IMG/VR virus record: IMGVR_UViG_3300028299_000002
Span: 21,970 to 85,969 of that record
DNA length: 64,000 nucleotides
Source: a virus
Reading direction: 5' to 3' (one strand)
Numbering within the stretch: position 1 is the first letter of the stretch; every line of letters begins with the position of its first letter. Of the stretch, positions 63,966 through 64,000 are shown piece after piece. The position numbers and the translations under genes are program-made. The notes under the pieces were generated by a model. It was given only the letters and a program-made list of their open reading frames with translations, did not search any database and had not been told where the DNA came from.

Positions 63966-64000
63966 TCTTATCCTATTTGTCTGATTCTCTGTTTCTCAAT

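Larger units (their letters stand above)
861..64000 (-). mobile_element. Large temperate contractile-tailed phage/prophage (SPO1/A511-like morphogenesis module), extends beyond the window
   Basis: Co-oriented terminase, portal, protease, MCP, sheath, tube, TMP, baseplate and fibre genes ending at a tRNA att core. Confidence 0.9.

Noticed and set aside
1-64000. Integrase, IntI or parS palindrome in the window
   Set aside because: No ORF with tyrosine-recombinase R-H-x-x-R-Y motifs (other than TopoIB), and no TGTTTCACGTGAAACA-like site noticed by eye.
1-64000. Alternative genetic code or stop-codon recoding
   Set aside because: Very long ORFs (2824 and 1860 aa) and core genes are open under code 11, and TAG/TGA/TAA all end genes normally.

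Overview
The window is almost entirely one large temperate myovirus, nearly all genes on the minus strand, with a head/tail layout resembling SPO1/A511/Twort-type phages. It runs from a tRNA-Pro(GGG) 3'-half att core at ~861-908 and continues past the right edge; no integrase is in the window. In transcription order (right to left): terminase large subunit; a ~3 kb array of methyltransferase-rich gene cassettes separated by attC-like hairpins; portal and gp7/F-like head protein; a ~24 kb insert with two giant polyvalent proteins (1860 aa TopoIB-ParB-DUF3293-LPD5/zincin/LPD1; 2824 aa InPase-3xART-DarA_C-SNF2), a sigma70-like factor and small accessory genes; prohead protease/scaffold; major capsid; neck genes; a complete DGR (target-avd-TR-RT); lysis genes; sheath, tube, frameshifted chaperone, tape measure, baseplate and a C1q-tipped fibre. 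Two unusual systems stand out. (1) An integron-like cassette array inside the phage, with covarying attC-like hairpins whose loops carry translation starts. (2) Putative capsid-cargo polyproteins punctuated by the same hydrophobic-x-K/S motif that recurs in the scaffold and capsid leader, with a ~25-aa basic peptide tag repeated nine times. All protein-family calls are from motif recognition by eye, not database searches.
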